Assembly (NCBI RefSeq): GCF_026210795.1
Contig: NC_089432.1
Coordinates: 4,898,001-4,962,000 of the forward strand
Length of the DNA stretch: 64,000 bases
Source of the DNA: Rhizophagus irregularis
Lineage: Eukaryota
Direction of reading: 5' to 3'
The notes under the pieces are model-generated. The model saw nothing but the letters and a program-made list of their open reading frames with translations, made no database searches and was not told where the DNA came from. Below, one piece after another: positions 38,189 to 50,470 of the stretch; position 1 is the stretch's first letter, and every line of letters begins with the position of its first letter. The position numbers were made by a program, and so were the translations under genes.

Positions 38189-39573
38189 TTAGTTCGAACA
38201 AAAATTAGTAACCAAGGCTGAATCTTCAGTAAAATGATGAAACCTTTTCCTCATATGGAGATTGTAATGCAAGTCCGAATTAAAATTCCTAGTGGCTGAC
38301 CGTTTAAGTTGACGAGGCGCCTGATGAGTAACATATTCCGGTTCATATAGTTTATTATGCCGTACTGTGAGAGCAAGATGGAGACCGCTTTCGTCCATTG
38401 TTTCTTCTAAAATTTGTAACTGTTTGATATTGAAATCAGGGTCGGTAGCGCGACCTTTTTGTTTCTTTTTTCCTTTTGTCGGAGGTAAGGAAGATGATGC
38501 AATAGGAGAATGTTGTCGTCTCAAGTATGTGTGATAATCATAACAAACGTTTTGATAATGAGTAAGAGCGATAGTCAAATTATCGCGATAGAGAGCGATT
38601 TCAGTAGTAGTCTTCCCATTGAACTTTCAAATCATCGATGCGTGTCGCAAGTTGAGTTTCGCGATCTCGTGTAGCTTTATAGCTCTTATTGCAGCAATCC
38701 ACTGTTTACTACCCACTGTTTACTACCCACTTGTCTTGTAAGGGTCGAAGGGTTTTCTTTTCATTATGAGATAACGAAGAATGTAGCTTGCCATCCTTAT
38801 ACATGGGCTCTTCGGGAACAAACGGATAGGAACGGGATTAGAAACCGTATTAGCTTTATCCGATTTTTTTTAGATTTCTTGGTCGTGGTGGCTTTAATGG
38901 CCTCAATTTCAATAATCTACTGTTTGCTACCAACTTTCAACGGTTGAAGATTTTTCTTATCTTTCTTAGATAATTTAGAATATGTAAGACCACCCTTGTA
39001 GATAGGTTCATCAGGGATAAATGGGATAAGATGGAGGGGAAATTGACCATCTTTCGAAGTAGTATTAGATGAAGAAGAACCAGAGGGATCAGCAAAAGCA
39101 ACTGAAGTATTGACGACAGGTGTTGAATTATTGTCGTCCGTTGGAGATTTAATAATGTTGTCCTCGATCGATGATGATGCCATTTTGTTATCTCATAAGA
39201 CGGATCAAATATAGATCCATGGACATTTGAATCGAAGTATTTAGCAATATAGTAGTACTTCTCGTTGCACTTCGGGTAGTGTTGAGGATTCAAGGAACGG
39301 TAGCTGAAAAGTATAGTAACGCTGTAGTGGAACCTGAAATTTCTTCTTATATTTCAAATGCATAATCGGCTTTCTGAAATTTTGTGATTGTTGAAATAGG
39401 AAACCTTTTCTTTTTGACGCTAAAAGTTTATCTTCAAGTGAGGCGTCAGCTGTAAGATCAGACTTATGAAAAACTTGCCTACATTTGCGTTCAAATCGTG
39501 CTTGTTGTCTTTTCCGGACATTTGGATTGTCGCTGTTTTGAAGATTAAAGTTGAAAAAACGACCTTTTTTCAT
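38189..39573 (-). pseudogene. Fragmented basic-protein ORF with higher GC, possibly retroposed or non-LTR-associated
   Basis: Intronless fragments in shifting frames (RKRQQARFERKCRQVF; IPFIPDEPIYK..VGSKQ); (TAAAA)n tract downstream at 37690-37713. Confidence 0.5.
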
Positions 39574-40299
39574 GATATTGTCGATACTGTTAGCGCAATA
39601 TTGCGATTGAAAAGAAATAAAATCCTTTTAACTCCATAATGTCCGTATTCGTTTCATTTTCCACATCTGCTATTTCTTCTCTAGTTTCTCGATTGATTGT
39701 ACCCTTATTTCACTTTATTTTATATTGAATACCTTCGAGTAATTTTTGAATTTATGAATTGTACAATCGTACAATCGTTATTTTTGTTCGTTTCTCTCTT
39801 TTCTATCTTCTCTTTTGCATAATGCAAGGTCGCCTCGTCCTTGAAACATAAAAACATTCTATCTATTGTAATGATTTAATAAAACTATATATTTTTGTGA
39901 AAATTTTACTATTACGTTTCGAATCAGCTCTAACGTTCTTTATACTCGGCATTTTTGATCACATGTTTTATTGTTGGTGTAACCCGATCAGCAAATCAAT
40001 CAATCAATTCACTCCACTCCGCCACAATGCATATAGGCGCTGTGAAACAAAAATAGCCATTTGCTTACATGCATCACCCCCAACTTCTGGCGTTGCTATG
40101 CTCCAACATATCATTTAAAAGAGCAGTAAAAGGCATATTCTTATGCATATTCTTATGCTTCGACCCAACATATCATTATGCTCGACCCAACATATCATTT
40201 AAAAGAGCAGTAAAAGGAGCTTCGGTGACTTTTAATTGTTTACTGTATTCATATTGTATATCTTATATATCAATACGTTTTTCTCTAATAGTTTTTATA

Positions 40300-42355
40300 A
40301 TGTCATGTTTAGTAACAGCTAAGGTTGAAAAACTTTTACTAGAAGGACCTCTTGATGCTATATGTTCTGCTACCGTTATATACCAGACAATGAACAGAAA
40401 TGACTTACTTCCATATGAAGAAGTTATAAAAATAGTAGAAAGTGCGGTTAAATCATCGTTAAAAAGAATAAGAGATTTCCAACGAAAAGAAAGTGTGATG
40501 GAGGTTTTAACGGAGGTTAGTAATAATAGGCGCATTAATATTCGTTATTGTGCAAACTGATGAATTTACGGCAGTGTAATGTGTTATAGTAGTTTTGGTT
40601 GTCACTGCTGAAGGTTGGGGGATGCCGGCCCAGAAGAGCGATGTTGTTAGGAACAAATCCTTTAGATGTCGAGGGTTTCTGCTCTCCTCTAGCTGTGCGT
40701 GACTATCTTAGCTATTACATGATTGTGCACGTGCAGCAAAATTTAATATTCATAAAATTAATGTGGTCACTAACTTATATTATATCGATATTTGCTAATT
40801 AACTGTCGTAGATAAAAAGCGGATATAAAAGCATATTAGGATTAAATAAGATCAAGGTGTTGGATACGGTACAGTATTTCTTAATATATATATATATATG
40901 GATTGGAAAATCTTATCACGATCTAATCAATCATAATTTCAGAATAAGGAATCAACGCCAGATACTACGGAGGAAGAAATAAAGAAAAATATTGAGATGT
41001 TAAATGAAAAGCTTAAAGTATGTGTTTTTCTATTTTTTATAATCATACGTACCAATACTTATAAAGGTATTCTCTATATAGCATCCTTTGGGTGATGATG
41101 ATGGGCCTCTCTATAGCGCCCTTAAGAAAACAGTTGAGAATATCGTTCTTTCAGATCTTACGTGGCGAGATCCTGTAGCAAACATGGTTCTAAGCGATAA
41201 CTCGTATATAGTAACAGGATTACATCGCAAATTAAAACCAATCTTTATGGTGAGAAGCAATTTAGTGTTATTGGATGAATTGCATTCATACTCATTCTTT
41301 TTCATTATAACAACAGGAACCATGCAATAAAATGAAATGTACTCCCCCCAAATTAGTTGTAAAAAAATGTGAGGATTTCTTAGAAAATTTTGAAGTATTG
41401 TCTACTCATAAAATCGTGGAAAATGCCAAACACGATAATAAATGGAAAGAAGATGATTCTGATCTATTAAAAATAACAGGTCGAATTTTAGATGTACTGT
41501 AAGTTTTTCAATAATAACTTCATTATATAAATAGTAATTGTATGATAACATTTTCCGATATTTATTTTACCTAGTGGCGAAATATGGAGTAGTCCAATTT
41601 ATGCGACAAGTACTTCCCGTAATAAACAGAGCGAAGGAACTTATATTACCGATGTTATAGTCCCTTTACTTCGTGCAAGCCTGGCGAACCTACCAAATGG
41701 TTATATCTGTACAAGCATGTAAGTAGTCACGTGATTACTATTTTAACCATGGCTCAGATACTTAGTGTGTATTTTTATCAAATTTCAGTGCAGAACGTCA
41801 GAGTATTGCAAGCAAGATTCGAAAAAATAAAGGGATCGATGGAGAACGAATCGGTAAAAAACCCGATATTATGGGAATAATGAAGCAAGACACAAATGAT
41901 ATCGAGTTGATTTATGTTGAAAGCTCTCGCATTACATGTAGCGAAAAAAAAAAGATGATTATGATGTAAAATTGTGGAGAGAAATGATAGACGGGACAAG
42001 TGCTATAAACGCATTATGTAGACCGGTCGGTAATGAATTTGGAGTTGTTGGTATTCAAATTGCTGGTTTAGATATGCGATTAAATGTTTTGGTAAAGGAT
42101 CTAGGTGGTATACCGCGATATTTCCATCTTGATCATGCTGAAATCCCAATATCGCCACATTTAACAAACACTAAATCCCTTATACGTGTTTTATTGAACC
42201 TAAGGAACGTTATGATTGTAAATAAAAGTTTAATAACGCAGGCGTTATTAGAAAACCCACCTCGTAATACTAGTCAAAGTACTACTGTCAGTACACCAGA
42301 TAATTCCATGTATTATAATAGTAATTCCGTGTATTATAATAGTAATAATAACTAG
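40300..42355 (+). CDS. Multi-exon protein with C-terminal PD-(D/E)xK-like (Crinkler-type REase) domain; frameshift in A10 run at 41944-41953
   Basis: SEGTYITDVIVPLL..AERQSIASK..GKKPDIMG..ELIYVESS..KLWREMIDG..VGIQIAG. Confidence 0.65.
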
Positions 42356-42694
42356 TATTAAACCTTAATTAATAAATGAAAATCACATTACATACAATGC
42401 TGGTATATATGAAATGAGTAAAAAAGTCTCAATAAACTTCCTTTTAGGTTTTTTTTTTCGTTTTATTTCTTTTAGAATAAAATACACTAAGCCATCGTGT
42501 CCTGATGTCGAATGTTTGATTGACGTCGAATCAACGCTCGTCCGATGTCATCTCGATTCGCATAATGTTTGTGTGACGTCAAATAGACACCTGTTCGATG
42601 TCATTTCGATGTTTACTTAATGTACACAAGGCGGGAAAAATAAACATTTTTCGACATTAACTTAATATTGAAACAATGTAAGTGCGATGTTATT

Positions 42695-42778
42695 ATTCGA
42701 TGTCTATTCGTTTACTAATCGTAGTTATTCGATGTCGAATCGATATCACTACGATTAGTAAACGAATAGACATCGAAT
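42695..42778. repeat. Perfect 31-bp inverted repeat with 22-nt loop inside a CGATGTC/GACATCG-rich segment
   Basis: ATTCGATGTCTATTCGTTTACTAATCGTAGT and its exact reverse complement at 42748-42778. Confidence 0.9.
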
Positions 42779-42929
42779 CAACGTATTTAAGTTCAACTTA
42801 AAGATGTCGAATCGATTTTCATCACGACATCATGGTGACGTCTGATCAATATAGAATCGACATTGATTTTATATCGACCGTAACTCTAACTGAAATTTCT
42901 GTAAAGTAATTTACTAAGGTTTTAATTTA

Positions 42930-43770
42930 AAGATTAAGCGGTATCAAGAAAAATTCGCGCGAACTTTTCTTGCCATTGTTCAAAGTATATCATTGTTTTT
43001 TTTAAAGCAATTGATTAAACAATGGCAAGAAAAGTTCGCACGAACTTTTCTTGCCATTGTTCAAAGTAGCATTTTTTTTTTTAAAGCAATTGATTAAACA
43101 ATGGCAAGAAAAATTCGCGCGAACTTTTCTTGCTATTGTTCGAAGCATACCATTGTTTTTTTTTAAAGCAATTGATTAAACAATGGCAAGAAAAATTCGC
43201 TCGAACTTTTCTTGCTATTGTTCGAAGCATACCATTGTTTTTTTTTAAAGCAATCGATTAAACAATGACAAGAAAAATTCGCGCGAACTTTTCTTGCTAT
43301 TGTTCAAAGTATATCATTGTTTTTTTAAAGCAATTGATTAAACAATGGCAAGAAAAATTCGCTCGAACTTTTCTTGCTATTGTTCGAAGCATACCATTGT
43401 TTTTTTTAAAGCAATTGATTAAACAATAGCAAGTAAAATTCGCGCGAACTTTTCTTGCTATTATTCGAAGTATATCATTGTTTATTTAAAGCAATCGATT
43501 AAACAATGGCAAGAAAAATTCGCTCGAACTTTTCTTCTTGCTATTATTCAAAGTATACCATTGTTTTTTTTTTTTAAAGCAATTGATTAAACAATGGCAA
43601 GAAAAATTCGCGCGAACTTTTCTTGGATTGTTCAAAGTATACCATTGTTTTTTTCAAAGCAATCGATTAAACAATGACAAGAAAAGTTCGCGAATTTTCT
43701 TGATACTGCTTAAAAATTAAAAAAATTAAGCAGTACCAAGGAAAATTCGCGAACTTTTCTTGTCATTGTT
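42930..43770 (+). repeat. Palindromic ~82-bp tandem array 3 (~10 units)
   Basis: Same unit and orientation as arrays 1 and 2. Confidence 0.93.
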
Positions 43771-44829
43771 TAATTTATCGATCATGCTTTCAACTATACA
43801 GTTAAAAAGTTAAACTGTTAAAGTTGAGCGGTATCTTAACAATCGTAATTATCGGACTTAGAACTTTTTAATCATATTTCTGATCAAATTATGCACATTT
43901 GTGGTTATTGTATAGATTATTGTATAGGACTATAGGCTATTTACCGTCTTTTTCCGGGTTAATTAAATCTATAATGTAAGAACAAAATTATTGGCTGATC
44001 AGTGTTGATTACCACGTGAAAATTAGCCAATAGATGATTGCAGATCATTTGTTTTTGTAACGTGAATAATATAAGTTTGAAAAATACAAACTTTTTCTTT
44101 TATTTTGTTTTTACTTTTTTACTCAAGTTATTATTATCTCAGATATTACATTTATTTGTTTCTTTTTATCATTGCTTTTTTACTCAAGTTATTATTATTT
44201 CAGATATTACATTTATTTGTTTTATTTTTATTATTTAAGAAGAATTGTGAAGTTATAATAGTTTTTTATATTGGTTAACTTTCAGTTATTACTAATTATT
44301 TATTTTGACTTCTTGAACTTTTCTAATATAGACATGTTTATATACTTAATAAAGTAGGTACAGTCATTTATTTTCTTTTCTTTTTTTTGTCTTTATTTAT
44401 CCTTTTCTTTTATTACTACTAGTTTTGTCTTCTTTTAATCATTACTAATTTTATTTTACTAATTTTATCTTTTTATTACTACTAATTGTATCTCCTTTTT
44501 ATTGCTACTAATTTTATCGCTACTAATCTAATCTTTAATAATTTCATTCTTTTGTTACTACTAATTCATCTTTAATTACTACTAACTACATCTTTTTATT
44601 ACTACTAATTTCATCTTTTATTAATTTTTTATTACTACTAATTTTATTTTTTTATCTTTTTTATCACTATTAAAATTGTACCTTCTAACTTTTCTATATC
44701 TGATTATAGTATTTTTAATTTAATAATAAAATTTAATAATTATAAGGACAAATTTTCATGTTAAATATATAAATATTATATATAAAAATACCGTAGTAAT
44801 AATACTTGCAAATATGATAAAATATGCGT

Positions 44830-45600
44830 ATATTATGCTGTTAGCAAATAACCACCAGTATAAAACATACGTTGTACACTGAGACATAATACTGTTCGCA
44901 AATAACCACCAGTGTAAAACATACGTTATTCGCAAATAACAACAAGTATAAAACATACGTTATAAACTGAGGCATCATGCTGTTCGCAAATAACCACCAG
45001 TATGAAACATACGTTATAAGCTGAGGTATAATACTGTTCGCAAATAATAACAAGTATAAAACATACGCTATAAACTGAGGCATCATGCTGTTCGCAAATA
45101 ACCACCAGTGTAAAACATACGTTATTCGCAAATAACAACAAGTATAAAACATACGTTATAAACTGAGGCATCATGCTGTTCGCAAATAATAACAAGTATA
45201 AAACATACGCTATAAACTGAGGCATCATGCTGTTCGTAAATAACCACCAGTATAAAACATACGTTATAAGCTGAGGTATAATACTGTTCGCAAATAATAA
45301 CAAGTATAAAACATACGCTATAAACTGAGGCATCATGCTGTTCGCAAATAACAACAAGTATAAAACGTACGTTATAAACTGAGGCATAATACTGTTCGCA
45401 AATAACCACCAGTGTAAAACATACGCTATAAACTGAGGCATCATGCTGTTCGCAAATAACCACCAGTATAAAACATACGTTATAAGCTGAGGTATAATAC
45501 TGTTCGCAAATAACAACAAGTATAAAACGTACGTTATAAACTGGAATACCATGCTGTTCGCAAATAATCACATACGTTATAAACCGAGATATAATACTGT
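44830..45600 (+). repeat. 54-bp subterminal tandem array of the giant element
   Basis: Unit TATAAAACATACGTTATAAACTGAGGCATCATGCTGTTCGCAAATAACCACCAG; 18-aa periodicity in spurious ORFs. Confidence 0.92.
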
Positions 45601-46643
45601 ATATAAGTATAAAGTATACAAATCTTCACTATTTAAAAATACCGTGTATATAATACGGTGTGCAAAATACCGAATGTATATCGTATGTGAAAATACTGTT
45701 AAAATACTTTAATGATACTGTAATGATACTGTTCGCAAAATACGGTAATACCGTATGTTAACAGTATCCATATTTTTTATAGGGTTGAAATAATTCATGA
45801 ATTAAAACGTATCAAATTTTTATTGGATCCGAAAATTCAATTTATTATAATAATAAAGGTGATATCTCGGAAGAAATTAGTATGTCTGAAGAAAGTTCAA
45901 ATTATGATGATAATATAAGTATTTCGGTTCTCTCACAAAAAATTTGGGAGAAATAAAATTTATACATGTCATACAGACGGCGAATCTTTTTAATATTATT
46001 GAACAACTTTGAGAATTTTTGAACTTTGTAATTGCACTTATTTGCTAATCCAAGTAATTTCAGATTTTATTAATTTAACAGGATAAAAATATGTTTTTAT
46101 AGTTTTTAATATGATATTAAATGATAATAATTTATAAGGAATTTTTTTACCAAAACTTGAAATTCTTTCTTTACTAAATTTTAGAGAGAAGAATTTAATA
46201 TTTATTGCAAAATTACTAATAGAAACCACAAAAGAATTATTAATATTCGTTCTCATACAAACAATGCAACAGTTGAAGTTATAACAAAACCTTAGAATTT
46301 TTCTCAAAAATAACATTTATTAAATTCATATTAAATCAAGTTATATTTTTTAAATGATATAAAAATAAACTTTGTAATGATACTTTTGATAAATTAAAAC
46401 ATTCTTATTTTCATCTTAAAACAACATATTTTAATAATGGCTGTGATCAGGATTATTTATTCAATTTCAACATTACGATACTTTTAAAATTCTTTTTACA
46501 GTACGACATTTGATGATAATTTTAATGATGATGTCATGATAAATACTATGCATGAAATTACTGCGTACTGCGTACCATGGCTGATTGACTTTTTTGTTTG
46601 TTCTGAGGTAGTACTAAATGCCTGTATGACTAACATCGGAGAA

Positions 46644-47351
46644 TAGTGCTTCGATCCAGATGAAATCCGTCATCCGGATTACACAAAAAAAAAATCCAGA
46701 TTATATCCAGTTTGATCCGGATTGAAATCCGGGTCAGAAATCCAGGTGAAATCCGGAATCCGGATCAGATTTCATATATAAAATTTTTTAGATTGCATAT
46801 GACAATCCATATTAAAGATAATGGTACTTATTAATACAATTTGGTAGGTTTTTTTTAATTTTTGTAGCCTTTTTTCTGATTTGATTATTGAATTTGAATT
46901 AGCTTATTTTATCGTAATTCGGGCTGGCACTATTAATTTGGCCTGAGTTACAAATTTTGATAAAATCAGGCTTAAAAAACAATATCGCGTCTTAAATTAT
47001 GATTTTACTTAATAAGATTAATAAAAATGTAAAAATAATTTTCACTTTAATTATATTAAATAAATTAATAATAAATAAATAATTTTTTACTAATCATCAA
47101 TTTATCATTGTTCATGACAAAATTTATATATTACAAAATTATTTATCAGTTGCGAAACTAATAGACTATTTATTTATTACAAAATCTATAAAAAATATTA
47201 GAAAAAAATTTTTTTTTCTATCCGGATTCCGGATGAATCCGGATATTTTTCATCCGGATCAAAATCCGGATCAAAACCGGATATCCAGATGAAAAAAAAT
47301 CCGGATTCATCCAGATTCATCCGGATGGACTAGAAACGGATCAAAGCACTA
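46644..47351. mobile_element. hAT MITE (708 bp)
   Basis: TIR TAGTGCTT(C/T)GATCC; 8-bp TSD TCGGAGAA; ATCCGG subterminal repeats. Confidence 0.93.
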
Positions 47352-47466
47352 TCGGAGAAAAAATATATAAAATAGGCGTACAAGTTACACTTTAACGATT
47401 TTTTTTTACTTTCCATTTTTTTAAACTTCACTGTTAACATTATTCAATACATTCAATAATATCAAT

Positions 47467-47950
47467 ATGCAAGATACAAATGAATGGGTTAATTGGATTG
47501 AGGAATCAGTAGATAAAGAATTTTCTAAATCATTTGAATATAAAGAATTTAATAATATTCAACATATTGGTACCGGAGGTTTTGGAAATGTATTTCGTGC
47601 AAAATTGGAAAAATAATAAAAAAAAAATAATTAATAAAATGAACTTTGTGAAATCTTGCAATCAAAAGAATATTATATTTATTAAGGTGACTTTTATAAA
47701 TACCTGACCCAATTTTTGTTATTCCATAGCAACGAATAATATTATCATGAAAATCAACTTCGCGTTGAATTTTTAACTGAATAAAATATAAAATATTTGA
47801 AATAAATATATTTGATAAAATTTTATAGACGAAAAAAAATGTATTATATATTAAAATACCTCACGAATGATTTCTTTCATGATGATGTTATCAAGATTAA
47901 AAAAAGATTTTAACGCAAATTGCTTTTCTGAATATTTCGTAAAATATTCT
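47467..47950. pseudogene. Broken kinase 5' region: start on + (47467-47615), following exon pieces on - (47715-47950)
   Basis: MQDTNEWVNWIEE..GTGGFGNVFRA on +; FALKSFFNLDN..EIIRE and [17 protein letters not shown] on -; paralogous to the gene at 55696. Confidence 0.75.
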
Positions 47951-49060
47951 ACCAATAGTAGTTAAAAAAAGTTCATCAATATTAATTGCTTCATGGAAGA
48001 ATATCATGATTTTTATAGAAACCCAATAATATTTGAACAATATCATCAAAATCATTTTGATATTTTTGTTATCTGTTATTTTAAGGTTTAGATATTTATT
48101 AAGGTGTCAATTATGTTATTATAACAAGAAAGTTATTCAACTTAATTGGTTGTTTAACATACCCACCCCCTTTAAATAATCTAAATTTTGATAAACAATT
48201 CACTTTTAATCAAAGGTTAAAAATTTTCAAATTTCTCAAAATTCCAAAATTTTATTGTTTGCTTATTGTAAATCTTACTCTCTCAAACTTTTCAGAAAAA
48301 TAATTAAGTTAAAACATTCTAATAAAACAATATCAAAATGATGATATTTCAGGAAATAAATATAACTTATGTCATGTTTTCATATCAAATAAATTATTTT
48401 CTTTTTCCCACAAATTTCATATAAGTCCTATTATTTCTGCACATTTATTTTTCTATAACCTTTTATTTTTTTTTCAAACAAAAAAAAAATTAATAATACC
48501 TTGTTTTTTTTATAAAAAATATTTTAACTAAAATTTCTACATTAAAAACAAACATAACTTATACAATATCTACTCTTAACAAATAATCATATTTGTATTT
48601 ATGGTTTTAATATACCATTTGTTGGTCATATTACTCATATATAATATATTTGTCTTTAAACTTTAAACCAACCCCATTATTATCACCAACATTTACAGCC
48701 TTGGCAAATTAAAAATGCTGTAATCAAGTGGCCACACGAATGATTTCTACTCATTTACTTAATTGTTACTTTCTAAAGTATTGGATTAATATTCATTCAT
48801 ATCAGATCTTTGGCCTTATATTGTTCTTAATAATGTGAATGAAGCAAGCCTATCTATTCTTTTAGATCTTATCAATCATCACAGAGAGATAAAATAAAAG
48901 ATCATTCAAACAATTTTACATTTGAAGACTGCTTGTGATCCACTATCACTTCAGTTCAGGACATGGCATTGAGAAAAGAATTTTGGGATTTATATGGATT
49001 CAAGAAATCAGGAGGTGTACTTCTCTTTTTAGAAATGAATTTCATTTAATGTCAAAGAAA

Positions 49061-50288
49061 TAGTGTTTTGATCCGTTGCCGGGTTCAACCGGATAAACCC
49101 GGATAATTTTTTTTTTTAGGTATCCGGATAATTACGGTTTTTACCCGGATAAATATCCGGATAAAAAATGGTCGGATTGACCCGGAATCCGGATAAAAAA
49201 TAAAAAAAAATTTTAAAAAAATTTAAATCATAACATTTCATATATTTTCAGATGAGTTAAAATATTATATATGATTACTTTAAATATTTTTTTTTATTGT
49301 TTTAATTATTCGTTAACCACAAGGAAAAATTTTAAGTTATGTCACAAGATTTGTCACATAATTTGAATTTAATATATTAAATTTGTGGCATTTATTATTG
49401 ATTTGTTTTCAGATATAATGTGTTCTGTGGGTGGTGTTATTCCATGCTTAACAACAGATCCATCATATTTATAACTTTTTGTACATTTTCTCCATTATCT
49501 GATATAAACTGACAATATGCACGTATTTCTCCATTTTCACTTTGTTTTCTAACAAAATATTCCCATACCCAACTCACTTTTGTTTGTGGTTTAGTCATTG
49601 TAGTAGTTAGTTTAAAGGGATTTGGATTATTTGATATTTGACTTGTTAATTCAAGTACAGTTAACTTATTTTACTAGCACTTATCATCCTTTATTTTCCA
49701 AGTGTCCTAGATAATTTTTTAGGTCATCCTCTTTTTAGTATTAGAGCAATTTCTGTAACTTCATCACTGGACTCTTCATTTTCACTTAGAGTAATATAAT
49801 CTTGAACGTTACTGTTTTCCATAATTTTATGAATTATTTTCCACTATTCAAAAATATGTTTCAAGTGAAATTACAAAAAAATCCAAGAAAATGATTACAG
49901 TATTTATTTATTTTGGTTAGGGCTTAGGACTACATTAACTAACTGTACTTAAATTTATAAATAAAAAAATAAACGCTATAAATAAATTTTTATATCAATC
50001 CCACGAAATTTAATTGTCATAAATTTAATAAATGCCACGAATTTAGTAGTTAATTAAATGCCATATATTTAATTAATTAAATGCCACATTAAATTAAATG
50101 AATGCCACGAATTTTATTTATTAAAAATAAAAATGATCTACAGTAAAAAAAATTTATATAATTTTATCCGGATTTCGGTTTCTACCCGGATATATCCGGA
50201 TTTTTATCCGAGTCGGATAATCCGGATAGAAACTGGATATTTTTTTTAATTTATCCGGATGACGGTTTCTGCCCGGATCGAAACACTA
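49061..50288 (-). mobile_element. Internally deleted hAT element (1228 bp) with BED-finger remnant
   Basis: TIR TAGTGTTT(T/C)GATCCG; TSD CAAAGAAA; minus-strand SWVWEYF..AYCQF..KC. Confidence 0.92.
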
Positions 50289-50339
50289 CAAAGAAATAAT
50301 AATAAAATAATTAAAGGAGAAAAATGATATGTTTTTTTA

Positions 50340-50470
50340 TCTCTGATGGGGTGACTTTAAATTGCACACATGGATTTCCAGACAGAAGAAACATTCGAGC
50401 AGCATTAATATTAATTTTGTGCAATATCCCTGCTGCAAGGAAAATATGCGGACATATTTCAGCAGTATTT
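50340..50470 (+). pseudogene. CACTA-family transposase relic
   Basis: IRAALILILCNIPAARKICGHISA resembles the Tnp2 'DxPA.RK..GH' block. Confidence 0.6.

Larger units (their letters stand above)
21394..45784. mobile_element. Giant (24.4 kb) CACTA/EnSpm-type DNA transposon with cargo
   Basis: TIR CCCTATAAAAAATATG(C/G)A(C/T)ACTGTT at both ends; TTG TSD (21391-21393, 45785-45787); TACTGTTCGCAAA subterminal repeats at both ends; internal Tnp2-family transposase. Confidence 0.88.

Noticed and set aside
44756..45571. Hydrophobic repeat ORFs on the minus strand
   Set aside because: Translations of the 54-bp subterminal array
21394..45784. Starship, Polinton or Helitron
   Set aside because: No tyrosine recombinase, DNA polymerase B or Rep-helicase; TIRs, 3-bp TSD and Tnp2 transposase indicate CACTA type
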